From the human T2T-CHM13v2.0 reference genome, Homo sapiens: DNA of 64,000 nucleotides. The position numbers and the translations under genes are program-made. Shown piece by piece: positions 29,669-46,857 of this stretch; the stretch's first letter is position 1, and each line of letters opens with the position of its first letter. The DNA lies in assembly GCF_009914755.1 (NCBI RefSeq), contig NC_060925.1; one strand, given 5' to 3'. Below the pieces are notes generated by a model. It was not told where the DNA came from and ran no database searches. It saw only the letters and a list, made by a program, of their open reading frames with translations.

Positions 29669-29916
29669 GGGCTGGATGCGGTGGCTCACTCCTGTAACCC
29701 AAGCACTTTGGGAGGCCAAGGCGGGTGGATCACTTGAGGTCAGGAGTTCAAGACCAGCTTGGCCAACATGGCAAAACCGTGTCTCTACTAAAAATACAAA
29801 TATTAGCCGAGCATGGTGGCACATACTTGTAGTCCTAGCTACATGGGAGGCTGAGGCACAAGAATTGCTTGAACCGGGGAGGTGGAGGTTGCAGTGAGCT
29901 GAGATCGTACCACTGC
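29669..29916 (+). mobile_element. Alu, 3' truncated and fused directly to an LTR fragment
   Basis: Alu ends at gtaccactgc with no tail. Confidence 0.9.
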
Positions 29917-30260
29917 CTTGTCCTACACATCTCTTCCATCTGGCTTCTCTTGAATTGCATCCTTTGTCATAAACCAGTAATCAAAGTAAGTAAAGTGCTT
30001 TCTTGAGCTCTGTGAGCTGTTATAGGAAATTATTAGCCATGGGAACTCCTGATCTGAAGCCAAGTCGGTCAGAAGTACTGGAGGCCCTGGACATTCATGT
30101 GGTGCCTGAAGTGGGGACAGTGTATGGGACTGAGCCCTTAATCTGTGGAGTCTGAACTATCTCAGGCAGTTAGTGTCGGAATTGAATTGAATTGTTGGAT
30201 ACCCAATTGGTGTCAGAGAATTGATTGATGTTGGAAAAAATTCCACATATTTTGTATCGG
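29917..30260 (+). mobile_element. MER21-type LTR 3' part
   Basis: catctcttccatctggct...gagctctgtgagc...gggactgagcccttaatctgtgg...gaattgaattgaattgt. Confidence 0.7.
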
Positions 30261-30510
30261 GGGAAAAAAGTATCCTCAAGTACATTTATCTTTTGATCTA
30301 TTAAAAAAATCCTCAAGTACACATTTATCTTCTGTTGCCAATAAAAAGCAACATTATATATTTGGGATACATTTGTAATTACAGAAGATTAAAAATGCCC
30401 AAATGTCTGTCAGTAGGGGATTAGAGGAATAAGTTAGGATTCAGTGCTACAAATGAATGAAGAAAATCTCTATACACTAACATGTAGTGGCCTCAAAGAC
30501 GTATTGTTAA

Positions 30511-30864
<354 letters not shown>

Positions 30865-31139
30865 TGAGAAAAGGAAAGAAAATAAATATATAGGTATTTG
30901 CTTATACTTAAAAGTGGAAAAACAAACCAAAAACAATAAAAAGAAGGTTTCCAATAAGGGAAAGGAACAAACAGAAGGAATGAAAAAGAAAGCAAGGTTT
31001 CTAGGAAGGTTCCTTGCTGTATGGCTTTGAAACTAAGTACATATTTTACAAATTTGAGAAAAGTTAACTCAAAAAAGAAAAAACCTCCAAAAACTGAAGA
31101 AAAACTAGGATGAATATCAAGTTGGTGGCATATGAACTT

Positions 31140-31832
31140 TTATTAGTTTTCTGTCACTGCATAATGATTACCACAAATTTAGCAGCTTAAAACACTCTAT
31201 TATGTTGTCTGGGCTGGTCTTGAACTCCTGGCCTCAAGCAATCCCCTTACCTTAGCTTCTCGAGTCACTGGGATTACAGGTGTGACCCACCACACCTGGC
31301 AAAACACTCATTTTTTTTTAATCTCACAGTTTAGAGAGAAGTCCAGGCAGGCTCAGTTGGGTTTTCTGCTCATGTGAATGCCAAAATGAAGGTGCTGGCT
31401 AATCTGAGCTCTTATATGGAGGCTTTTGCGGGGACTCTGCTTCCAAGCTTGTTCAGGCTGCCAGCAGAATTTAGTTTCTTGCCACTGTGGGATGGAAACC
31501 CCCATTTCTTTGCTGGCTGGCAGTGGGGCCACCCTCTGCTCCCAGAGGCTGCCTGCAATTCTTCCTCATGTGGTCCCCTTATCTTCAAAGTCAGCAAAGG
31601 CATGTCAAATCCTTCTCATACCCTGACCTTTCTGGCTTCCTCTTAATTCCCCTTTCAGCCAGAGAGAGCTCTTTGTTTTTAAGGATTCATGTGATACATC
31701 AGGTCTACATTCCCTGTCGTAAGGTCAACTGTATCAAACAACATAATCCTAGGAATGATATCTCATTATATTCAAAGGTCCTGGGGATTAGGAAAGGGCA
31801 TCTTTGTCAAGCTATCTTCCAATTCTGCCACA
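31140..31832 (-). mobile_element. MLT1E/F-type LTR with an Alu monomer inserted at about 31197-31300
   Basis: tattagttttct...ttaccacaaatttagcagcttaaaaca; monomer flanked by aaaacactc. Confidence 0.7.
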
Positions 31833-31851
31833 ACAATATAAAGAATTTCAG

Positions 31852-31985
31852 GGCCAGGCACAATGGATCGTGCCTATAATCCCAGCACTTTGGGAGGCTG
31901 AGGTGGGAGGATAATTTGAGCCCAGGAGTTCAAGACCAGCTTAGCCAAAATAGCAAGACCTTGTCTCTAAAGAAAAAGAAAAATC
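31852..31985 (+). mobile_element. FLAM/Alu monomer
   Basis: Left-arm sequence with A tail. Confidence 0.85.
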
Positions 31986-32018
31986 ATTTTTAAAGAAGTT
32001 TTTAAAAAACAAATTTTT

Positions 32019-32783
<765 letters not shown>

Positions 32784-33236
32784 TACACACACACATAGAA
32801 AAAAGCAAATAAGTAATTACCTTTATGTTGTGGGACCTGTGATTTTTCGCAAGGAAAAAAATATAAAAGTGTATAGGTAAGTAAAAACCTACCTGCAAAG
32901 AATAATTTGCGTTTGCCAACCCTAACCACTCAAAAGGCAAGAAGAAATGAGAACACAGAAGGAGTGAGCACTCCTGTAGCAATGAACACTGCTAGCAAGC
33001 AGACGTAGTCTTAAAATACCACTTCTCATTAAGAGGAACTAAGGCTCCTTGCAGAAATGGCTTATTCCAGGTCTGAACTTTATATGCTTTTTTTAAAAAA
33101 AAAAAAAAAAAACATATAAAATGAATCTGGAATATCTTTGTGTACCAGAAAAGAGATTTCAAAGACCAATGGGGTCATTTTGAAAAGATACAAGAGCTGA
33201 TCTGAAGGGACAATTTGAACATCAAAAAGAATAAGA

Positions 33237-33358
33237 AGCCAGGCACAGTGGTTCATGCCTGTAATCCCAGTACTTTGGAAGGCTGAAGTAGAAGAATTGA
33301 GGCCAGGAGTTCAAGAGCAGCCTGGGCAATATAGTGAGACCACATCTCTAAAAAAAAG
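33237..33358 (+). mobile_element. FLAM/Alu monomer
   Basis: Left-arm sequence with A tail. Confidence 0.8.
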
Positions 33359-33384
33359 AAGAGTTGCAATGGATTGGAACATAC

Positions 33385-33826
33385 CTGCTAAAGCTTGAAT
33401 GTTTGAATCCTCCAAAACTCATGTTGAAACTTAATTCCTAATGTAACAGTATTAAGAGGTGAGGCCTTTAAGGGGTGATTGTGCCATAAGGACTCTGCCC
33501 GCATGAATGGATTAACTCATTAATGGATTAATGGATTAATAGATTAATAGGTTATCATGGGAGTGGGTTAGTTATAACAAAAATGGGTCTGTTAAAGAAG
33601 CCAGGTCTGCAATGGCTCTCTCTCATGCACCCTCCTCATCATGTGATGCCCTGTGCCACCTCAGTACTCTGCAGAGAGCCCCCGCCAGCAAGAATGCCTT
33701 CAGCAAGATGCAGCCTCTTGGCCTTGGATGTCCCAGCCTCCATAACTGTAAGAAATCAATTCACTATCTTTATAAGTTACCCAGGCTCAGGTATTAAGTT
33801 ATAGTAACAGAAAACTGACTAAGATA
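33385..33826 (+). mobile_element. MSTC/MSTD-type MaLR solo LTR
   Basis: ctccaaaactcatgttgaaacttaat...atggattaat repeats...ttacccaggctcaggtat...aaaactgactaaga. Confidence 0.8.
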
Positions 33827-35447
33827 ATATCCACATAGAAAAATCTTTGAGTTTATAGTTGAAAAAATTGGTCACCATTGGTGATTGCTAGGCAACCAAT
33901 TCATTCCTCTGAAAAATTAGTAAATAAAAGGAAGGAATCAAACATTTATTCCACTTTTCCTATACGAATTGCATTCAGTGTGACCAAAGAGTAGTTAGGG
34001 AAAGTTCTTTTTAATAGAAAAATTCCAACAAATAAATGCACAAAGAAGAACAGAATTTTAAAATCACCATTTTGCAACCCTTAATGAAATAACTATTGCA
34101 GGCAATGGTGATCAATGTATACTAAAACCATTAAGTGAATAGTTGATGGAGAACCGATCAATCTTAGTATCACACAAGAACGGAATGTAATGGGAAGTAT
34201 TCAGCACCATCTAGGAAGTATTCTTAAATAAATCTTGCAATGGTGGATGAATGTTGAGCAGAAAAGAAAGTCAAAAAATGTCTATGTTAAACTTTAAGCA
34301 ACAATTCCTGACTTAGTTGACCACTAGCTAAGAGAATGACCCAATGGAATAGGAGACAGATTGAGAAATGTTACCATCACTTTCCTGCCCACCTTATGAT
34401 TTCACCCTGAGCAGGCTTTCTCTCCACTATTGTCAGTTTGCTACTGTGCTAATTTTGAGTTGTCTTTTAGCCATTGACGTTGACCAGCAATGGAATCTAA
34501 GTCCAGGATACATGGAAAGTATACTGTCATGAAAAACGGAGTTTTTGAAAATGAGTACACTGCAAGCTGGGGAAAATCCTTTTTTTTTTTTTCTGTAAAA
34601 ACTGAACCACCTGAGAAGGCATAGGTGTACTTATTTTTCTACACACTTAATTTGTTCAGTTTTAGAACTCAAGATCCTTTATTATTGTTAGTGTATTAAA
34701 TTCATACCTTTCTGTTCTTACTGCCATTGCCTTTTTTTTTAAAATCACGTCATGCATTTGAAGGAGGGATTGTGGTGTAAACATCAGTCCATGGGTTGAG
34801 TCCAAAGACCTGGATTCTGATCCTGACTGTGCCCAGGCTTGTTGATGGTTGTGACCCCACAGTGAGATGCGGATTAAGGGTCAGATACTCCAAGGGAAGG
34901 GGCTGAAGAGACCAAACTTCCTGTGTGGACGGTCACAGAGTCCTCTGAGAGGGCTAAAGAAACACCCCCAGGCTGGTGCAGGAAGCCTGGGAGATCTTCC
35001 CTTTGGACCAGTGGATGGAGTCAGAGATCAGGATGGTTGCAGAGGAAAAGCTTCCCAGGGTGGAGGGGCAGGGGCTGGGAGAATGACCCCAAGGTCATGT
35101 AAAGAGAGGTGATGCTGGCTAAACAACTAAGTTTTGAGAGGCAGCGAGGCTCCTTCTAACCCTGGTATCACGGTCAATTTAATTTTATCTGTGCCTTGTG
35201 CTTCCTCTAATGAGGAAAGAGAGGAACGAAGGCTGTGCCCAGTTAGCTGTGTCAGTCAAGACAACCAGGAGTAGATTTTAGTCACCTTAAGGTCGAAAAC
35301 TATGTTTGTTATTTGGAGCTTCTTTTCTTTAGTTCGCTTTATTTTCCCCTGGTTTATTTGAGAATTTTCTTTTGAAACTACCCATGAGACTCATTTCTAC
35401 TAGGAACGTTAGAAAAGTAAAAAGACATTCTTTTCCTCTCCCCTTAG

Positions 35448-35587
35448 GCCGGGGAGGCAGAGGGCCCCTAGTGGCCAATGGTGGAACTGCAGCAGCCCAG
35501 TCCCAAGACCAGGTGGACCTGGCTGCTGGTTGGTGAACAAGAGCCTCTCAGAGAGCGAAAGGGCCTCCACCGACTCTGACAGCCTCG
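35448..35587 (+). ncRNA. Candidate 140-nt internal exon of a plus-strand (divergent) transcript
   Basis: Acceptor ttcttttcctctccccttag|G and donor TCG|GTGAGG; GC-rich unique sequence. Confidence 0.45.
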
Positions 35588-35590
35588 GTG

Positions 35591-35723
35591 AGGGGTGGGA
35601 AGGGGTGGGAAGGGGTGGGGAAGGACGGGGAGGGGTGGGGAGGGACGGGGAGGGGTGGGGAGGGACGGGGAGGGGTGGGGAGGGGAGGGGCGGGGAAGGG
35701 TGGGGGGGTGGGGGGTTTGGGGG
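35591..35723 (+). repeat. G-rich 10/20-bp tandem repeat, G-quadruplex-forming
   Basis: Alternating aggggtgggg / agggacgggg decamers. Confidence 0.9.
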
Positions 35724-36392
35724 AGAGGAAGGGACAGGAAGAAGTGGGAGGAGAAGAGGGAAGTGGGGAGAGAAAAGGACAGAAAAGAGAAGAAAAAAAG
35801 GAGAAATGCCAATAGAGGCTTCTAAAACATTCAATATTTACTTCTAGCAAATAAATTTACTTCTGGCAAATAAATACTTTTAATAATCTCCAGTACAATG
35901 CAGTAATTTCTTTACGCAGAAAAATTAGAATCATTGAAGTATTTTGATATAAACAATAGTATTTTTACAGAAAAATAATACAGGATTACTGAAAAAATTG
36001 CTCCAATTTCCGTTTGAATGGTGGCCGTATGTCACACATAAGGTATAGTTTTAACAGAATTTAAAATGTTCCATCCCAGATGGTAATGCTTTTCCATATA
36101 ATTGCGCTAACAACAAAAAATTAACTATTATCAGTGGGGTGGATGGGTAATGAGGCGTACATTTAAGGTTGAATGAGTAATATTTTCTCTCCTCAGTCCT
36201 GTCTGGGTGTCTTGCTGATAACGTTATTTGGAGATAAGATAAAAAGTTTAAATTTAAGCTCTCTTTGGAAAAGGGAATCCACATCAAACAGCTCTCCTGA
36301 TCCCTGCCCTTTATTCCTCCCTGTTGATAAACCCTACAGTGAAGTGAACCTGTGACTCCCAAACCCTATTACCTATTAGAACTACACGTAGA

Positions 36393-37005
<613 letters not shown>

Positions 37006-37261
37006 AACTACATGTAGAGCTTTGAAACTATCCATATTCCTGGTTCTCTTCCAACACCTCTAGATGGATGTTTCCGGAGGTGAATTGTCCTCAGATTAGC
37101 ATTTGGAACTAGGACGCTGCACTCTCCTACACCGTTAATAAAAGTATATATTTGCATGAACATGACAATTGGCAATATCTATTAAATTACAACAAATATG
37201 TACCCTTCGACCCAGAAATTCTAATCCTGGGACTCTATCCCATAGAAATAAAAGCACCAGG

Positions 37262-37859
<598 letters not shown>

Positions 37860-38856
37860 CTATAGAGGAAAGATTGAATAAACTGTAGAATAACCACACA
37901 GTAGATTGTATTATTAAACAAGAAAGAGTTGAAGTGATATCAATTGACCTGGAAGGATTTTTACAATGTATATTGTTAAGAAAGTACAGCAATAACTTAA
38001 GACATGTCTTTTGTAAGAGTATATAAGTGTATCAAACTATGTATTGTAAGAAATATAGGAAACAAATAATGGCCAATTTCTCAATACTTGTGCTATTGTA
38101 TGATTGTGTGACCATGAAGAAATGTATGGGAAAATACACACTAGACTCTAATTGTTTCTGTTTATGGGGAGGTGTGGGCACAAAGAGAGGGCAAGGATGT
38201 TGTAAGGAAAAGAGTACCAAGACTATAGAAACATAATGATGTGTGTATGAAATAAAAATATGTAAATATGATATATTTACATATAATATATACAATATAT
38301 AGAATATATTAAAATAATGAGACTGTGACATAGTATAATATAATAGCAATTTAAAATGTGGACTATAAATTCTACCTCATATTGTGGTAAATATGTAAAA
38401 ATTAAGTGTGCAAATGGAAAGTTCTAGAAGGTGACAAAGACGAGTAAAAATTCATTTCATTTTTTATGATACTAAGAGTAAATTTCTTTTTAGATGTGTT
38501 ACTTAATACGGAATCTGTAATTATGTAGAGTGTTTTGCTTTCGATTTTTGTCTGAAGAGAAAGGAAAAAAGAAACTGCTGCTCTGGACTCTAGTGGGGAA
38601 GCATTACTTCCCTTATATGGTGTAGTGAAAAGAACTCAGATGTTCCAGCCAGATGCTCTTGAGCTTGAGTTTTGATTCTATTACTTGTGATATTAAGTAA
38701 GATATTTGACCCCTCTAAGCTCTGGTTTCTCCAGCTCTAAAATAGGGATGGTAATTGTACCTACCTCATCGGTAAAGGGCTTGCTACAGCCCCTGCCATG
38801 CAGCAGACTCCTAAGAAAAGTTATCTATTTGTGGTAGATTAATATATTGTGGTGTT

Positions 38857-38932
38857 TATATATATAGATAGATAGATATTTGTATATATATTTATATATC
38901 TATATATCTATATATACATCTATATATCTATA

Positions 38933-38971
<39 letters not shown>
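38857..38971. repeat. (TA)n/(TG)n microsatellite
   Basis: Direct inspection. Confidence 0.9.
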
Positions 38972-39518
38972 TGGTTTTACTGCTGTGGAATTATCCAAAA
39001 GAAAAAAAAAAGAGCCATCTGTATTGTGCTCTCAGTATTTTCTCTCCTTTTTTCCAAAAGGCAAGCAAGGTTTTGTACTCCTAAGTTTTGAGGGAGATTT
39101 GTATTGTTTGGTGGGAGAGGGTGAGGAGAGGAGAGGTGGGACACAGGCAAAATCAGAGACACTGAAAGTTCTTCACAATGAGAAGGGAAAACCATGGCTG
39201 GCAGAGACTTTCCTCCTGCCTCTCCTAAATCCTGGAGAGAGGGCAGGACCTCAGAGGAGGAATGGAAACTCCCAGGAGGCTGGGCACAGGCCGCGGGGCT
39301 TCATAGGTAGGAGTTGTGGGCCTCTCAGAGGTGAACATGTAGGCCGAGAGCAGAAAGGCCTCCTCGAGCATTTTTCTCCCCGAAAATCTAGATTCATCCC
39401 TAGAACCTTTGCATTATCCTAAGGGTAGGGGTGGACAGGGATGGTGTGAGGTATCCTTATTCTATTTGTCTGGGATTTGAGTTTGAATTTAATCTGATTT
39501 AAAGGAAATACATTAAAA

Positions 39519-39795
39519 GGCTGGGTGGTGCAGCTCATGCCTGTAATCCCAGCACTTTGGGAGGCCCAGGTGAAAAGATCGCTTGAATCCAGGGGTTCAA
39601 GACAAGCCTGGGCCACATAGGGAGACCTTGTCTCTACAAAAAATTAAAAAATTAGCCAGGCATAGTGGTGTATGTCTGTTGTCCCAGACACCTGGGAGGT
39701 GGGAGGATGGCTTGAGCCTGAGAGGTCAAGGCTGCAGTGAGCTGTGATCATACCACTGCACTATAGCCTAGGTGATGGAGTAAGACCCTGTCTCA
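39519..39795 (+). mobile_element. AluJ-type element
   Basis: ggaggatggcttgagcctgagaggtcaaggctgcagtgagc. Confidence 0.9.
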
Positions 39796-40342
39796 CTAGG
39801 AAGAAAGGAAGGAAGGAGAGGAGGAAGTAAGAAATACATAGGAATATTTTATGTGGTCGCAAATACCTGTGACATTTTAATTCTCTTTCTTATTCATTTG
39901 ATTGCTGTGTGATACTGGGGGAACAGGGCTATTTAACTCTCTCAGCCTCAGCTTCCTCATCTGTTGAATGGGCAGTAATAACACACAGCTCACAAAGCTG
40001 TGACCTGTGAAGATTTAATGAGTGTGTGTCTGTAACAGTGTCTATGACTGTCTATAGCTGACCATTGGTATGGTCCCTCTTCTCATTCCCTTGGGCAGTC
40101 CTAGTTCTTGGCCTCTGCACATGATGCTTCAGCACCTGGAATAGTTGTTACCACCTCTGCTATTTGAATCCAACTTCGTCCTTGAAGTCCTAACACAAGC
40201 ACTGTCCATTTTCTTCCTTTCCTGACCACTAGGCAATGTTCCTTTCTTTGAACTCCTGAAGCATTTGCCTTGCTCATTCCTTGTTCACACACCTGACATT
40301 TCTGAAGCACCTTCTGAGTGGCAGGCACTGTGACGGAAATAG

Positions 40343-40726
<384 letters not shown>

Positions 40727-42143
40727 CCATGCCTTTTTATACATAAATGTATCCTTTCCCAAATACACGAGCTGCTTCCTAAGGGGAGAAATGTCTTTTA
40801 CCTCTATTATCTAGAGCAGCGCCTAGAATGCAGAAGATATGTAGTAGATGTTCTCTTGGATAAGATGAGTCTTTAATCAAAATATTCCCCCTTCTGCTTA
40901 CTTACAGGCCTACAACCCCCCTTATTTACTGCAATTAACTCTTAACGTGGCTGTTCCTGGATGTTACAATCCATATCTTCTGTCTCCATCCCCAGTGCAG
41001 CACAACCAGACTCATACATGTTGGAATACACAGACTAATACAATCTTTGCAAGATTGCTGATTGAGGATTCCAGGATGAAGTTCACGTCCTGGTCCCTCA
41101 TTCTTTACCTACTGTCACCTGAGGTGACCCCAGAGTTACTCTTGTATTTTTAGCACAACAAAGAGCTGAAATCACTAGGTATTTCTAGAGCTCTGTGTCA
41201 GAGGTCTAGTAATGGTGTATCTTTTCCACATCTGCAATAATTGAGTTCCCCACTCAGAAAACAGAGCTGCATGTTTGAATACTTTTAACCATTATAATAA
41301 CTGATATTTGTACAGCAATTAATGGTTTATAGAAGGACTTCACAGGTATGAGCAAGCCAAGGCAAGTAATATGCAAGTAATATCATTACTGTTACTTTTA
41401 CTCTTATGTTACGTAAACAACTTTTTAAAAAATTACCTGAAGTTGAACAGTCACGATGCAACAGATCAGGAAACTAACAAATCTACTGACTGCAAATCTT
41501 GTATTCTTCACATTATACCACGCGGTGGTTTTTATTGTTGTCTTTTGTTTTTTTTTTTAATATAACTTCCCCTGAAGTCAGCCTATGCTAGCCCGCAAAG
41601 ATTTTATTAGTGTTTGGGGAGGAAAGAGTCTTATACACTCAGTCACATCTTAACAAACCCAGTTATGGCCAAACTTAAGTAACCACCCTTGGTTTCAAAC
41701 AACCTGCCATTTATTTAGGGAGGAACCACTACAACTCCCAGATGGTTTAACATCAGATGTGCTTTTCAGGAGAAAAAAAAAAAAAGATATTTCTTAGGGG
41801 AGTAATTAATAGGAAAGAGATTAGGCAAGTTAATGTGATATTGCAATTGAGTTGATTTGCCTTAATTAGGAAATATTTATTAAACTAAATTATGGTTATG
41901 CAGAAATCAATTAGCTCCAGCTCTGTTAGGAAAAGAGAATTGTTTCATGTTGATGTAATAACAAAGTCCAATATAACTTGGGACCCTTTTATTTTTTGTT
42001 CTGCAACTTAAGACAGCTAATATATTTCCCTGAAACCCTCTGAATATTTGCAATGGCTGGCTACTATTTCTCTTTTACTAGTTAGTCTTACTTCCAAATC
42101 ATGCCATAAGTGAGAGCAGGCAACATTTAAGAAAATAAATTTG

Positions 42144-42524
<381 letters not shown>

Positions 42525-42717
42525 TCATACGCTCATCCTTGATTATGCCTCCCTCCTTTTTGAATTCCCCAAAGTCTAAATTATCTCACTCTCTTTCTAC
42601 TCCTTCCCTCCCTTTCCCCAGGAACCTGGCATCTCCTGATATATTTTATGTGAATATTTGGGGATGAAACAGTAGTGGGATAGAGATACTCAAGGAGAAG
42701 TTAAAAGTAGTTCTTTG

Positions 42718-43014
42718 GGCTGGTCGCAGTGGCTCATGCCTGTAATCCCAGCACTTTGGGAGGCCGAGGCGGGCGGATCATGAGGTCAGGAGATCGAGAC
42801 CATCCTGGCTAACACGGTGAAAACCCATCTCTACTAAAAATACAAAAAATTAGCGGGGCGTGGTGGCGGGCGCCTGTAGTCCCAGCTACTCCGGAGCCTG
42901 AGGCAGGAGAATGGCATGAATCCGGAGGCGGAGCTTGCAGTGAGCTGAGATTGCACCACTGCACTCCGGCCTGGGCTATAGAGCCAGACTCCGTCTCAAA
43001 AAAAAAAAAAAAAA
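42718..43014 (+). mobile_element. AluY
   Basis: AluY diagnostics; TSD aaaagtagtt(c/a)tttg. Confidence 0.95.
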
Positions 43015-43122
43015 AGTAGTTATTTGTCCCCACTTAGCTCTTTGGTTGTAAGAAACAAACTCACTGAAGTTTTCTCAAGTTCTGAGAGGCTTGATGTAAG
43101 GATACACAAAAGAATAAGATAA

Positions 43123-43437
<315 letters not shown>

Positions 43438-44198
43438 TCAGCTTAGCGTCTAAGCTTCCCTTGTTTCCCCACGACTGAGTCTCTGTTTTCAGTAATGGAG
43501 CCCTCTTTTCTCCATGTCTGATGCTTTGGTGCACAATAATTTTCCATGGATGAGATTCTGCCTTCCTCCCTTTACTGTTGTTGAACTAGAGCTCTACTCT
43601 TGGTCCTCAGATCTGTGACTGTCTCCCTCCTGTGCTAGACCTTTAGCCTGAATTGCCTCTTCACATTGTGCTCCCACTCAGAACAGGAGCCTCTCTGCTT
43701 GCCTAGTGTTGGACTTCTCCTGAGGGGGTCTGTCTGTTACCCTGGGCATTCTCCCACCAAGCACCTCTAGAATCCATCCCAATGCCTGCCCGGACCCTGT
43801 GGGTCTGTTTAATTTCCAGCCTGGCCTTTCCTACCATTAATCAAGCTCTAGATCGTCTGTACAATCCCTTGAATAGTTTATTGATTGGCCATTGTGTCAT
43901 TTGCATCCCCAGTCAGGCTCTGGGGACATAGATATGAGTAAAAAAAGGTCCTTGCTCTTTTAAAAAAATTTATCTATTTAATTTTTAATTGACAAATGTA
44001 CATATTTATGGGGTACATAGTGATGTTTTGATACATATAATGTATAGTGATCAGATCAAGGTTATTAGCATATCCATCATCTCAAACATTTATTTATCAT
44101 TTCTTCATGTTGGGAACATTCAATATCCTCCTTTTAGTTATTTGAAACTATATAATATATTGTTGTTAACTGTAGTCATCCTACAGTGCTATAGTACA

Positions 44199-44580
44199 TG
44201 TATTAGTCCATTCTCAGACTGCTATGAAGAAATACCTAAGACAGGGTAATTTATAAAGGAGAGAGGTTTAATTGGCTCATCGTTCCACAGGCTGTACAGG
44301 AAGCATGGCTGGGGAGGCCTCAGGAAACTTTCAATCATGGCAGAAGGCAAAGGGGAAGTAGGCACGTTATATGGTGGGAGGAGGAGAAGGAGGGAGAAGT
44401 GGGAGGTGCTACACACTTTTAAACAACCAGATCTCATGAGAACTCACTCACTCTCATGAGAACAGCAAGGGGACAGTCCGCCCCCATGATCTAATCACCT
44501 CCCACCAGGCCCCTCCTCCAACATTGGGGATTACAATTTGACATGAGATTTGGGCGGGGACAGAAATCCAGACCATATCA
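44199..44580 (-). mobile_element. THE1D-type solo LTR inserted in the L1 3' UTR
   Basis: tgtattagtcc...accatatca; 5-bp TSD gtaca at 44194-44198 and 44581-44585. Confidence 0.92.
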
Positions 44581-44897
44581 GTACACTAGAATTTTTACTC
44601 CTATCTAACTGTAACTTTGTATCCTTTAACAAATCTCTCCCTAACTCCCTCTTGCTCCTAGCCTTTCCAGCCCCTAGTATCTTCTGTTCTATTTTTCTAA
44701 AAGTTTCTGTGAGATCAAGTTTTTTTAGCTTCCACATATGAATGAAAGCATATGGTGTTTAATTTTCTATTTCTGGCTTATTTCACTTAACATGTTGTCC
44801 TCCAGTTCCATGTCTGTTACCACGAATGATGGGATTTTATTCTTTTTATGGCTGAATAGTATTCTGTTGTGTATAAATACCACATTTTCTTTCTGTC

Positions 44898-45214
<317 letters not shown>

Positions 45215-45652
45215 TGATTCCATACTTTGGCTATTCTGAATAGTGCTGTGGTAAATAGAGGGGTGCAAATGTCTCTTTGATATAATAATTTCCTTTTCTT
45301 TGGATAAATAAATGTCCAGTAGTAGGATTGTTGGATCATATGGTAGTTCTATTTGTAATTTTTTGAGGAAGCTCCATGCCATTCTCCATAGTGGCTGTAC
45401 TAACTTACATTCCCACAAACGGTGTGTAAGAGTTCCTTTTTCTCTACATCCTCGCCAGCATTTGTTTTTGTTTTGTTTTGTTTTGTCTTTTTGATAGTAG
45501 CCATTCTAACTAGGGTGAGATGATACTTCACTATGCTTTTGATTTGTATTTCCCTGATGATTAGTGATGTTGAACATTTTTCTCGTAAATGTTGGTCGTT
45601 TGTATGTCTTCTTTTGAGAAATGTCTGTTCAGATCATTTGCCCATATTTTAG

Positions 45653-45697
<45 letters not shown>

Positions 45698-46199
45698 ATT
45701 GAAGTATTTGAGTTCCTTGTATATTCTGGATATTAATCCCCTGTCAGATTAATAGTTTGCAAATATTTTCACTCATTCTGCAGGTTGTCCTTTCACTCTA
45801 TTTTTTCCTTTGCTGTGCAGAAGCTTTGTAGTTGGATATAATCCTATGTGTTTATTTTTGCTTTTGTTGCCTATGCTTTTGAGATCTTATTCATAAAATC
45901 TTTCCCCAGACCAATGTCCTGAAGTGTTTCCCCTATATTTTCTTCTAGTAGTTTTATCATTTTGGATCTTAAATTTAGGTTTTTCATCCATTTTGAGTTG
46001 ATTTTGTGTAGGGTAAGAGCTAGTTTCATTCTTCTGCATATGAATATCCAGTTTTCCCAGTACCAAATGGTTTATTTATTAAAGAGACTGTCTTTTCCCC
46101 AGTGTATGTTTTGGCACCTTTGTCTAAAGTTAGTTGGTTGTAGATACATGGATTAGTTTCTGGGTTCTCTATTCTGCTCCATCAGTTTGTGTTTCTGGG

Positions 46200-46294
46200 T
46201 TTTTTATTTTTATTTTTTGAGATGGAGTCTTGCTCCTGTCACGCAGACTGGAGTGCAGTGCTAGGATTACAGACATGAGCCACCGCTCCCAGCC
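46200..46294 (-). mobile_element. Alu with a large internal deletion
   Basis: 3' end of the right arm joined to the 5' end of the left arm at agtg (46257-46260). Confidence 0.85.
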
Positions 46295-46857
46295 TATGTG
46301 TCTGTTTCTGTTTTTTATGCCAGTACTATGTGTTGTTTTGGTTACTACAGCTTTGTAGTGTAGTTTGAAGTTTAGTAGTTGGATGCCTGCAGCACTGTTC
46401 TTTTTGCTTAGGATGGCTTTGGCTATTCAGAGGCTTTTGTGCTTCCATATGAATTTTAAGATTGTGTTTTCTATTTCTGTAAATAATGCCATTGGGATTT
46501 TGGTAGGGATTGCATTAAACCTATAGATAATTTTGTGTAGTAGGGTAATTTTAACAATATTAATTCTTCTGATCCATGAGCATGGATTTTTTCCATTTGT
46601 TTATATCCCATTCAATTTCTTTCATCAGTGTTTTGCAGTTTTCCTTGTGGAGGTCTTTCACCTCCTTGGTTAAATTTATTCCAAGGTGTTTTTTTTTGTT
46701 TGTTTTTTTTGTTTGTTTGTTTTTTTTTTTTTTTTTTTTTTGGTAACTGTTGTAAACAAGATTGCCTCCTTGATTTCTTTTTCTATAAAAACGCTACTGA
46801 ATTTTTTTGATTTTGTATCCTATAATTTTACTGAATTTTTAAATCAGTTATGACAGG

